From: Octopus vulgaris | Taxonomy: Eukaryota | Assembly (NCBI GenBank): GCA_951406725.2 | Contig: OX597818.1 | Location: forward strand, 44,826,001 to 44,890,000 | DNA length: 64,000 bases | Direction of reading: 5' to 3' | In this document: positions 52,264 to 64,000 of the stretch, in pieces | How the letters are laid out: each line of letters opens with the position of its first letter | Position numbering within the stretch: position 1 is the stretch's first letter | Program-made: the position numbers and the translations under genes | Notes under the pieces: model-generated | Told to the model about the DNA's origin: nothing | Databases searched by the model: none | Seen by the model: the letters and a program-made list of their open reading frames with translations, nothing else

Positions 52264-54463
52264 TATCTGAAGTAAAATGGGAAATGGTAGGGAATTCTAG
52301 AAGGGGCTAGTTCTGGAGAGTAATGTCTAGGAAGGTGCTAAATGCATAATCTGTGAAGTGAATGATGTGAGGATTTTTTTTCATCTTCTAGTCAGGAGGC
52401 CAATTCCCATGACCCTTTAAGGACCTCTGAGACTAACAGGAGGGAGAATGAGAGAGAGAGGGACAGAGGAAAACATACTCAAACCAGGAATCTTGTTTGA
52501 ACATTTGCAACAGAGTAGACTCCACTTAAGGTACGTAAGGTGGCTGCAACTTGGTTGTGTTAAATTGGGTGACAGACTAAGTCTACAACTCAGGAATGAC
52601 AAGAGAAGAAACAGATGCATTTGACAGTTTTGAATTAAGAGTGTCTGAGACAGAGACCATTGTAGTAATGATAGAAAAGGCAGAGCGGTAAAATAACAAA
52701 TCTGTGAGTTAGTGGTTGTTTGTTGAACAGTCATATGGTTATCTTATAATGATTTGCAGGATATTGATCTGTGTAGTAGTGAGCATGTGAACATCAATCC
52801 AATGTAGATATTACTATAACTTTGTCAACTCTTAGCACAGCAATGATGTTTGACAAGGAAGGACAAGTGAAGCAATATAAAATCACAGCTCTCAAGTTAG
52901 GTGGAAACATGATATAGTGCTTTTTGCTACCATATTTCTAATGAAATATATTCCTTTTGTATAAATTAATTTTAAAAATAATAAAGACTGTAGTAAAATA
53001 GCTTTGTCTCTTAAGCTAGAGCTTGGAACATAAATTAACATGAAATATTGATAAAAGGTTTTAATTTAGACCACTATAAAGTAGTAAGTTTATATCATAG
53101 AACCAAGGCCAGTCAGAGATGAGTTGGTAACTAAAAGGTTAACCACTGAATATTCATTTGAAATCATTAAATATTTCCCAACATTTCAACTTCATATTAA
53201 AATATCGCAAAATGGCTTACTTATTTTTAAAATATAATCTGGCAGTTTAGCAATACATCTATGACAACAATATCTTGGGAAATATCCACGTTGATTTCTG
53301 TATTTGACATCTCATAAATTTAAAATATTGTTGACTCCATGATTTTCTTTTATTTAATATCATAGTTTAGAGGATAGCTTGTTTTGTCAAAATTATGAAT
53401 TACATGTTAAGATACTGATATACTCCAGTGTTGCTGTGTCGATCAATAGACAAGAACATTGATATAATTTTATCTTAGAACAATACTTTTTTAGTACATT
53501 CTTTTTTCAATGATTAGTAAGAAAGAAAAGTGCATGAGAGAAACTTGAGTTACTAATAAGAAATTAAATTTTAAATATTTATTCTAGTTTACAATGCAGA
53601 AACATACTTGAAATGACAGAAGCAGAACAGCAACCAAAGACTTCATTATAAAACTTATGAATGTGAAAACACCTCTAGACAAAACATGAACATGATTTAA
53701 AAAATGAGAAATGTAAATTCTCCTAAAGCAAATTCAGTCAGATAAATATAGAGAAATTACCCTAAAAGCAAATTCTATCACTGATAAATAAAGAAATTGC
53801 CTGAGAAAATAGTAGGAAAGTTAATGTGGAGGTGTTTTGTATTCTGTGCTTTTAATTATATCAAAGGTGAACTGACTGACTGAAAAATGTTAATACATTG
53901 AGTCTCTCCAATTTAATGTTATTTAACCTCAAATAAAAATATCTTAATTATTATCTTTATAAGATTAGCACCTGGATAAATGATAATATGTAGGAAATAT
54001 AGTTTATTATTTTATTTGTTTCAGTTATTAGAATGTGGCCATGCAAAAAAAAAAAAGAAGAAAAACCTGGTCTTAAAGAAGGTTTAAATATAATAATAAT
54101 TTTATTACAGTTAATGAAAAAAAAAAACGTAGAAGAAATTGACATTCTAAGAGGATATATACAAAGGAAAAAACCCCACAAAAGCTAGAAAGTTGGGTTA
54201 ATTAACAATAATTTGCATTAAGCCTATTTATTTGACTCCTTCAGATGGAATCTATTTTAATGAGGAGTTCATTGTAACTAACGAATAAAACAAGTATTTA
54301 CATAATACACTACACACCAAATAGCAGAATTAGTTCCATATAAGAGACTTAGTGTAAAATAATGTTCAGGTGAAAACCTCTACAGTAAGCACACAATATC
54401 ATTTTAACAAAAGTATTGCAATTTCAATGTTACTGGATTTTATCAGCTTGATATAACTATGAC

Positions 54464-54464
<1 letters not shown>

Positions 54465-54522
<58 letters not shown>

Positions 54523-54555
54523 TATATATATATATACACACATATATATACACAC

Positions 54556-54600
<45 letters not shown>

Positions 54601-54655
54601 TATATATATATATACACACATATATATACATATATATATATACACACATATATAT

Positions 54656-54689
<34 letters not shown>

Positions 54690-54894
54690 TATACACACAC
54701 ACACATATATATACACACACACATATATATATATATGATTTGCCTAATAGTGGTTTTATCTCTAATTTAATATAATATATATATATATATATATACATAT
54801 ATATATACATATATATACACACATATATATACATATATATATACACAAATATATATACATATATATATACATATATATATACATATATATATAC

Positions 54895-54978
<84 letters not shown>
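54465..54978. repeat. Compound (TA)n/(CA)n microsatellite
   Basis: Directly visible. Confidence 0.95.
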
Positions 54979-54980
<2 letters not shown>

Positions 54981-57900
54981 CTTGGTACAACTATGATATT
55001 ACTATGAATATATTGTATATTCTCTGGTTAGAGAATAACCATTATATAGGTATCTGGTTGTTTTTCTTCTAAATTCGACTAGTGAATACAATTTCAATGA
55101 TAATGAAATACATCATACAGCAAATGAATTAGCTCTGCATAAGAATTAGTCTTGCTATAAAATGATTTGAGGATTAAACTACAGAAAGATCTCAGGTTAT
55201 TAACAGCACTGAAACTGATGAACTCCATCAACGTTGAACAAGAAATGCATTTGCTGGCAGACACATAAGCACGATATTGTGGCTTAAATACCCAAATTAT
55301 TTTACTGAATAATTTAGTATCATTATTATAAAATGTTTCTTTAGACAGAGTTGGATAGTGTCGCTTTTGTAGGAAGTGATTTGTTTTACTTAAGATTATT
55401 TATTGGTTGTAATAAAAGGTAATTAAGATGAAAGTCTTTTTTATGTTCTGTTAATTATTTCATGACATTATTTTCTTCACTAACAACTATTGTTGGTCAA
55501 TATTCTAATTTATTCCCTTTCCTCTTCTCTACTGAAATGTAAAAATTCAAAGGATAGAGAAAACATTTTGAAATCTTTATGACTACTGCAATAATTTTAT
55601 ATAAAATCAATGACATTTCTTCAAACTGCTTCAATATTAAAATAAAAGCTGTATGCAAGAAAGGTCTTTTTCATCTCTGTTCTTATTGACCAAATGAACA
55701 TGCAGGGTTTGGGGCTTAAATCAGACACTGAAGGCTTTTGCGCATGTATTATAGTGAGCTGTAAAACTTTTGTTGAGATCACTGATACTGCATGTAAACA
55801 GAAACTTCTTGAGATGCTTAAAATGAAGATGGTACTGATGGGAGTGGATCTTGTTCTTAAAACCAATAGAATCAAGGGATGTGTTTCATTCTTATTAGAT
55901 ATTCTCAGTGAAGTAGAAAATCAGACAACTTTTGTTCTTTAATTAAGGCCAACATGCAAATGATATGAAAATAATTGATCAAATAATTAAAGGTAAACTA
56001 ACATATACAATATGAACATCATTATTAAACATAAGGAAAAATCATTATAATGATTACTATCACTGCTGTCATCTGTTGCTGAAAAATCCATTCCCAATAT
56101 TTAGTCATTCAAATGTTCTTTAAATGAAAGAACTTTGTGATCTGTGATGTTTCTGCTGGCAGAAGTTGCTAAATATGATATAATCAATCCTATGATGTAG
56201 TGATTCTGTCTTGAAAATAAAAGCAGTTGTTTTTTATGAGTAGCTACAAAAAAGTTGCTACACTATCACACATGGCAAGTACTGTTGGCATAGTGCTAAA
56301 GTATGATTTTTCCCTACAGTGATAAATTATACAATGCTGCTAATGTTTCACTGATGTTGTTTGAAGCATAAATCGAATCAGGCTTTTTCTTTCTTTTGTT
56401 TTATTTTTCCAAAGGACATGTCAACTAGAAGACATTCAAAAATTTTTTACGTGATATTTTTAACAATTACAAATGAGGCATTTAGTAACAGACCATTGTA
56501 AGTGCCACAACTTAAAAACCAAAGAAAACACAGTCAAAGTTTTGTGACTTTCAGAATGCAATATTTTGGCAAGGAATGAAGTTGGGAAGCTGGTTTTGGT
56601 CTTAACTTGAACGTGAAGACCTCCTCTAATTTCTCCAATGAAAAATTATTTATTTATGTATGCATCTGAAAGATGAAACAATGATTGTGTATTTCTCATT
56701 TTGTAGAATATACTGGTACTACAAAAAGGTGTATCACGTTGCATATTTTAGACATAATACCTAGAAAAACGTAGAGACCCACCAAAGGTATTGCTTGTGT
56801 TTTAATATACCAAGGTAAGTATCTTTAAGAGGTAAGACAAGATAGTAAGATAATAGCGCATTATCGTTGTGGTGGTAATGAGGAATATTAGAAAATGAGC
56901 CATAACACCTTGGAAAACAATACAGGAGCCACGCTAAAGTTATTGATCGAGCATGCTTATGATGGTGTGTTGCTAAACTCTCTGGTCCGAGTTTGGATGA
57001 GTGATTTTGGGTGGGTTTGGGTTGTATCAATAGTATCAAGGTACAACTTTTTTCAGCTGGATTTTCAGCCTTATTGCAAGCCTCACTAGTTCTTCCTCCC
57101 AACTATTTTGGGTTCTAGACGTCGAGACAAAGAAAATAATTTACTGACCTCAAAAATGGCTCAGATGTTTTTTTTGGGGTAGCTCTATTCAATGTTCTCC
57201 ACATTGACAAACTGCTTCCTACACTAATAGTAAGTTGGTGCTAATATTCTTAATGTAGTGAGCTAAGAAATTTAATTAATTAAATTAATGCTTTTTGTAA
57301 GAAGTGGGTGAAATCATTATCTTAATGATTAATTCTGGTCAAGAAAAGCAGGGTGAGACAACCACAAAGTTTAAATTAATTAAAGTTTGAATGTAGTGAA
57401 TAATAGGTTTGATCTTGAATAACACAGTGACAAGTCCAAACATGTTTTGGTCTCATTAAATCATATCTGCAAAATATAGTGTAACCATTATCGACTGCCA
57501 AATCTTAAAATGACTACAAATAGTACAAAATCATGTTTAATGAAGTTCCCGATATAGTATAAGAAGGGACTAGATATGGTCAACTTTTGTAACACATTTT
57601 GCAGTATGTGCTTGGTATTATTTTAAGAATGAAACAAAGATAACAATCTAAACAAAATGATGAATTCTCTGTGCCTTCAAAAGGCTATTCATTTCCATAT
57701 TGAATGTACAGTCTGCAATGTCAATGCTTACTCCCAGAAGTGAATAGCCTACATGTAACAACTTAAAATTTATGATTACAAACTGTATCACTGAGTTAAT
57801 GTTGCAGCTATTATTCACACTAAAGCACTAATGCAATTAGCTTTGCTAAAACAGTTACCATAATGAAACGAATAAAATAAGTTAGCTACATTTGAGAATG

Positions 57901-58639
57901 TTTAAAAGCAAGACTAGTGAAATGGATTCCACTAATTATTACCAATCATAACAGATATCTATTTGAATAGTGGATTAAGATGGTAATTAAAATACATCTA
58001 GCTGGGATCAATAAATTGCTAACAGAGTCATTATAAATTAGATTCTATGTAAAGAAAAGTGCTCTAAGAAAAAGAGTAATAAAAACTTTCTCATGAATAG
58101 TCTCTATTACTACACTTGTTTATAACAAAGGAAATTTCGTTTCTCATGGATACCTTGAAGTGATGTATTATAGATTTCTACTTAATTATAAGGTACACTA
58201 TTCAAATGTATAGCACATTCGAGGCAGTATTTAAATGTAAAGTAACATTTAGTGAGAATAAAGAAAGATTAATCTGAAAGAAAAATATTAATGTATGTTA
58301 AAGTGTGAAAGACAGTAAAAAAATTGTTATTGATAGCATTGAGTATTTTGATGAATACAGGTAGGAAGTGAATTCCCAGGGAACAAAATAATGTAATTAG
58401 GTTTTGTCAATTGAAGCCACTTCCCTTCACTTAAACTACTAATACATTCAAGAAAGGTATAAATGCCATAATAATCTCTTCTATTGTTTGTTCTTTGTGG
58501 ACTTGGATTTACGTAAGAAACCAATGCAATTAGTATGTTTTAATGTATTAAAATTGAAAGAACTAAACACAAGGTCACCTCTAAATTCCCACAAAACGTC
58601 TTATTTACTTATCAGCTTGAGATCAGATAAAGAATTTTG

Positions 58640-59055
58640 GGATCTTTTCGGTTTGAACGGCAGTTTTTTAATATAATTCCCACGTAACTAAACACCTTTA
58701 AACTTCGTATACTGGTAGAATGTGTTTATAAAACGTATTTTTATCTTGGCTTTATTCAGAAAATTCTATAGTTTGTAAGATATTTGTTGTTTTTTTTCTT
58801 AAATTCCTGCAATTTCAACCAATCAATGACATCTATTGAGATGAAAACATTCTGTGCCGTATGAATGTGTCCCTCGTTTAAGAAACAGATTGGGTTTATT
58901 TACATTTCTGAAGAAAAAAGATACCCTTTCCCCCACCCCTAACCCTAACCCTAAAACAGATTGAAATGCAATAGATCAATATTAGGGTCATAATTATGGG
59001 TGACAATTTCATATGACACCGCTAGAAAAAACTGCCGTTCAAACCGAAAAGATCT
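58640..59055. mobile_element. MITE with ~29-bp TIRs and 8-bp TSD
   Basis: TIR GGATCTTTTCGGTTTGAACGGCAGTTTTT; TSD GAATTTTG at 58632-58639 and 59056-59063; internal (CCCTAA)3. Confidence 0.88.
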
Positions 59056-60041
59056 GAATTTTGTTACCATTAAAGTAAGTCGCTAATTATGGAGATATAT
59101 AAAATTTATGAATTTGGTTAATTGCTCTATATTAAAAACCCCTTAAGACAAAATAAAAAAAGATTGTTCATAAGTTTAGAACCAGCTCAAGCACATAGAT
59201 GCTACAACACATTACCTTATAAAGTAGAGATTAAACAATCAAAACATGTTGAGTTTTATTAAATCACATACAAGCGAAAGATAGCATTTGGAAAACATTT
59301 ACCTTGACTCTGACAATAATTTACCTCAAAAGTTTTGCTAAGAAAAATAATGTTTACATATTTTGGAAAACACTAGATATCGTTTTAAAGAACAAGATGA
59401 CAAAACTAATTACCATCTTGCTTCAATGATTGAATCACCGAGATAAACATTGATTGCTTTCTGTGATAACAACTTAAAGCTTAGTGTTTATTAATATGGT
59501 TTAAAAACTCCTTAAAACATAAGACTAAGTCAATAAAATGGAAATCTCTAAAGAATTCTCAAATATTGACCTTAACTCTCAAATCAATAACTGATAAATT
59601 AATTCTATTATTTCCTAGAAGATTCATTGTATTTCAACAAACGAAAAAATTATTTTTTCAAACAGAAATATTTGTAGATGAAATTATAGAATAAATATTT
59701 ATACAATTTTTTGCCACATAATCTATCTCATCTAACATCGATTTAAAGGAAACAGCTTTATCTCTTCTTGACTGCTAATATAACATTGTGTCTTCTCTGT
59801 AATAGAAATTCTTGTTTAGAAAATATATTCTATATCATTTTCTATCCACTTTACTCTGCTAGCATGGGTTTAACAGATTTCCTGAAGCAATGCATGACAG
59901 TCAGATGTTCTTTCTAGTACAGAGTTTTTTTTAAGGACAGAGTACATCTGAAACAGGGATATATTTCAAGATCGTGATTAATAGCTATTTTGATATTGTC
60001 GCTTTAAAAATTAGAAATCTTAAATATACAGCTGAGATTTG

Positions 60042-60179
60042 TAGCTTGCTTACCAACCACATGGTTCTGGGTTCAGTCCCACTGCATGGCACCTGGGGCA
60101 AATGTCTTCTACTATAGCCTCAGGCTGACCAAAGCCTTGTGAGTGGATTTGGTAGATGGAAACTGAAAGAAGCCCGTCG

Positions 60180-60216
<37 letters not shown>

Positions 60217-60423
60217 ATGTATATGTTTGTGTGTCTGTGTTTGTCCCCCAAACCGATGTTGGTGTGTTTACGTCCCTGTAACTTAGCAGTTCAGTGAAAG
60301 AGACCGACAGAATAAGTACTAGGCTTACAAAGAATAAGTCCTGGAGTCGATTTGCTTGACTAAATGGCGGTGCTCCAGCTTGGCCACAGTCAAATGACTG
60401 AAACAAGTAAAAGTGTAAAAGAG
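60042..60423 (+). mobile_element. Family A SINE
   Basis: Consensus match. Confidence 0.85.
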
Positions 60424-61584
60424 ACCGTCTCAGTCTAAAATCACGATCTAATATATTTCCATAAAAGGAAAAAAATTACTATAAAATGTATTAACACCTA
60501 CATGAATCTATCTGCACTGGTTGACTTATTTATGGCTGAAGCAGTAACTTCAGATGAAGCATGCAAGTTTTCCTGCCACATAGACTCTAGAAACTTCTGG
60601 GCTAACAGTTATTTAATGGCAAGCTAATTCAAATTAGAGTGAGCTATTTCATGATTTGTACAGGTTGGTCATTTTTTTCCTGTGGTAATCTCTCATCTTT
60701 CTTGCCTATTCACTTCAAAGGACTTAACTGGTTGTGTCGACCAATGACTATTTATGCAGTTATTTATATTCTCTGTACCACTTTCACAATATTAATTTAT
60801 TGAAGGTACCTCTATAAACTTAGCAAGACATAAATAAAACATTTGAAAACTCAGACAAATCTTAGTGTGGTTAATTTTCAAAACACACAACCTACTTGAC
60901 ACTGAGAAGAGCTAAAAAAATATTAAAACAAGATAGACCACAAACTACACCAAAATATCAACGTTATTTAAAAAACAAAATTAAATCATTTTTCTTCGTG
61001 ATAAGATTAATTAGATAACAAAATATCTAAGCAAATACTGACAGGACATCAGCTGCATCATTTAGTATCATTTTTGCACACAACCAGTAAGCCTGCAGAT
61101 CCAGACATAAAAATTCAGTTCTCTTAAATGATTCAGTGAAACTTATTTCTATTTCTGAGCATTGATTGATTGAGGCAAGTAGATTATATTTTTTTGTTCA
61201 GATGCAAAATACATGATATTTTCTGAATTAGTCTAATTCATTAATTCTTTCACCTAGCAGGTTTCTACTGAATGCTTCCTCTCAGGCAAGCGCTAACCAG
61301 CTAGATATGTAACCATCGAATTTCAGTTCATTGACTGACTGAATATTTTGTTTCTCATGAATAAGTCTTCATGCTGTGAGATAGCTTGACTACTAACTGA
61401 AACGTAGTGTGTAGGTTTGGTATCAATTCCATTTCACAGTTGATTGATTCATATTACAAAAATGCATCCAACAGTAAAACATTGACTTCTAAATCATTCA
61501 GTACATACAGGTGAGAAACTATTCAACATATGCTAGCGTAGCTTAGAATGTTGGAACACGTTAATATTATTTGTCTCAAATATA

Positions 61585-61854
61585 TCATCATCATCAACAT
61601 CACCATCATCAACATCATCATCGTCATCGTCATCATCAACATCATTATCGTCGTCGTCATCATCATCATCATCATCCTCATCATCATCGTCATCATCATC
61701 GTCATCATCATTGTCATTGTCATTATCATCATCATCGTCATCATCATCATCAACATCATTGTCATCATCGTCATCATCATCAACATCATCATCGTCATCA
61801 TCATCATCAACATCGTCGTCATCGTCATCATCATCATCATCATCATTGTCATCG

Positions 61855-61886
<32 letters not shown>

Positions 61887-61923
61887 GTCATCAACATCAT
61901 CATCGTTGTCATCATCAACAACA
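61585..61923. repeat. Degenerate (CAT)n trinucleotide repeat (tail of a family C relic)
   Basis: CAT/CGT/CAA units; explains the poly-H, -S, -I and -M ORFs. Confidence 0.95.
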
Positions 61924-62257
61924 ATATCTCTTAATGTCTATCTTCAATTCTGATGTAAGTTTGGTGGTTTGACAGAATCTGATGAGTTTAAGGACTACAT
62001 CGTGCTGCACTGTTTGTTTCAGCATGTCTCTATGGTTTGATTCCCTCCCAAATGACAACCTCTTTACAGAAAGTACTGGGAGCTTTCATTTGTGGGCACC
62101 AGCACTACTGAAGCTGCCACGAATCTTGCAATACGTCACCTGTGACCTCAGCCATCCAAGGACTTATGAAAGGTCTTTGCCATTCCTAACAAGCAGGTTA
62201 GTTGTATGTATTCTATGTGCCTTTGCAAGCCAAACTTTTCTATCCACTCCTTCAGCT

Positions 62258-62848
62258 TATTATAATTATTATTATTATTATTATTATTATTGAGTCAGAG
62301 AACAGTGCATGCCATCAAAGTGACACTGGGGTAAAATATAAGAGCCCAGTATGCCCATCATGACTACTCGTTCAATACGGGTACACCAAGCACATGCATC
62401 ATAACCATATGTGCGCAACATGTTGATCTCATATCAAGATAAACAGCACATGACCTTGCAGGTGGGGCCCAGTTAGAATTTTCTTCTGGTCGAGTAACCC
62501 ATCCTGCTCAAAAGGTCCCTGAATAAGGGTTGTTTAAGGATGTTGAACGAAACACCCATGTTTCCAGGGGTGAATTATCCAAACCCCCAAAGAATTCTTC
62601 TCAACACATGACTATGATGCTCCCGTACTGCTTCTGCTCATGATCAGCGATGCACATATTGTCAGCCATTAAGAGACATGCTCAACTGGTTAAGGTCAAA
62701 CAACTGACAAACAAATCTGTGGTATTGAGCAAAATATTTGCTGTAGCCCATCTTTTATACCAAGGCAAAACAATGTATATGATAACACTTCCAATCAGTT
62801 AAGATGAGGAACCATGAGAGCCACTGCCTGGTACTACATCAGGGCATT
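62258..62848 (-). mobile_element. ~560-bp non-coding retroelement-like insertion with (AAT)n tail
   Basis: GC-richer block ending ...CCAGTGTCAC...(AAT)n on the minus strand; no ORF recognised. Confidence 0.45.
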
Positions 62849-63101
62849 CATCATCATCATCATCGTTTAGCGTCTGCTTTCCATGCTAGCATGGGTTGGA
62901 CGGTTCAACTGGGGTCTGGGAAGCCAGAAAGCTGCACCAGGCCCAGTCTGATCTGGCAATGTTTCTACGGCTGGATGCCCTTCCTAACGCCAACCACCCC
63001 CCATGAGTGTAGTGGGTGCTTTTTACATGCCACCGGCACAGGTGCCAGACGAGGCTGGCAAATGGCCACGATCAGATGATGCTTTTTACGTGCCACCGGC
63101 A
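62849..63101 (-). mobile_element. Family C (RTE 3') fragment
   Basis: Consensus match. Confidence 0.85.
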
Positions 63102-63107
63102 TTATTA

Positions 63108-63180
<73 letters not shown>

Positions 63181-63647
63181 GTGAAAACTCACAGCTTATT
63201 TTGCTGGCTATGATGGAAAGTATCAGTTTTCCACAGCTAGCAGACTAAGGTGACACTGGTCATGCTTCAAGAACCATGTGAAGAATTCTTGCAGTTCCAA
63301 GCAATGCTGATTTTTGTAGGTGTTCTGCCTTCACACTTGCACCAATCTTTTTCAGCCATGCTGGTAGTTGGGTGCTGATACCATTTACTGTTGGTATCAC
63401 ATCTACTCTTCTCATTGACCACAACTTTTCTATTTCCCGCTTCAAATCATCATAGTTGTTTATTTTTACTTCTTTCCTATTGATCCTGTTGTCACCGGGG
63501 CATACTATGTCAATTAATATGCATGTTCTTTCTTTTTTATTCACCACAACAATGTCTGGTTGGGTGATTGCACTGGATCATTGCATCCCACAGGATTTTG
63601 CAATTCTCATTTTCGGTGACGCCTTCTGTAGTATTCTCATACCACGT

Positions 63648-63650
<3 letters not shown>
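63102..63650 (-). mobile_element. R4/Dong-type LINE 3' end (restriction-like endonuclease) with (TAA)n tail
   Basis: ENENCKILWD..IQ, then LIDIVCPGD.RI..KE..K...Y.DL..EI.KLW...V.VIP...LQKSALLGTARIL, the RLE domain of R4-clade elements. Confidence 0.85.
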
Positions 63651-63689
<39 letters not shown>

Positions 63690-63692
<3 letters not shown>

Positions 63693-63907
63693 CCCACAGG
63701 GGGTTAAACATAGAGGGGACAAACGAGGACAAATGGATTAAGTCGATTAATCGATCCCAGGGAATAACTGGTACTTAATTTATCAACCCCGAAAGGATGA
63801 AAGGCAAAGTCGACCTTGGTGGAATTTGAACTCAGATCGTAGCGGCAGACGAAATGCTGCTAAGTATTTCGCCCGGCGTGCTAACGTTTCTGCCAGCTCG
63901 CCGCCTT
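63690..63907 (-). mobile_element. Family B SINE
   Basis: Consensus match. Confidence 0.85.
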
Positions 63908-64000
63908 CTAAAAATAATCTGTCAGAAGTGGAAATGAATTGCACAATATCGGATTTAACAAGTGTGGTTTAACTATTACTTAATACATCGCTAAGTACAT

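Larger units (their letters stand above)
52264..59800 (+). other. Putative long 3'UTR
   Basis: SINEs disappear after the stop codon; many AATAAA sites; the 3' end cannot be determined from sequence. Confidence 0.4.

Noticed and set aside
56707-56814. 108-nt segment with good acceptor and AAG|GTAAGT donor
   Set aside because: Stops in all three frames; a non-coding exon cannot be excluded but has no other support.
52417-57102. Short ORFs in the UTR-like region (52417-52734, 55694-55942, 56761-57102)
   Set aside because: No recognisable domains or exon structure; lengths are compatible with chance.
58937-58954. Interstitial telomere
   Set aside because: Only three units, inside a MITE.
61523-61972. 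Poly-His/Ser/Ile/Met ORFs
   Set aside because: Degenerate (CAT)n microsatellite, open in most frames.

Overview
AT-rich eukaryotic DNA, dense in microsatellites and transposons. The repeat families suggest an Octopus genome (inference from family resemblance, no database check). About 1-52 kb looks like large intron(s) filled with three tRNA-derived SINE families, many RTE 3' ends, CR1, Tx1/L1-type ORF1 and Penelope-like (PLE) relics, plus mariner, pogo/Tigger, piggyBac-like, hAT-like and Helitron-type DNA elements; an R4/Dong relic lies at ~63.2 kb. A plausible + strand terminal coding exon (52169-52263, ending KTSAI*, a class I PDZ-binding motif) is followed by ~7.5 kb of SINE-poor, 3'UTR-like sequence. 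A possible antisense first exon (MILGRPK) lies at 40.56 kb. The most unusual signal is several short fold-back elements carrying minimal type I hammerhead-ribozyme folds whose core 3-8 pair covaries between families: C3-G8 at 14.5/16.3 kb, 33.2 kb and 37.6-39.7 kb, G3-C8 at 33.5 kb and U3-A8 at 5.2 kb. One of them sits beside a decayed PLE reverse transcriptase. Most long ORFs in the track are microsatellite or repeat read-through. Boundaries were read by eye and are approximate.
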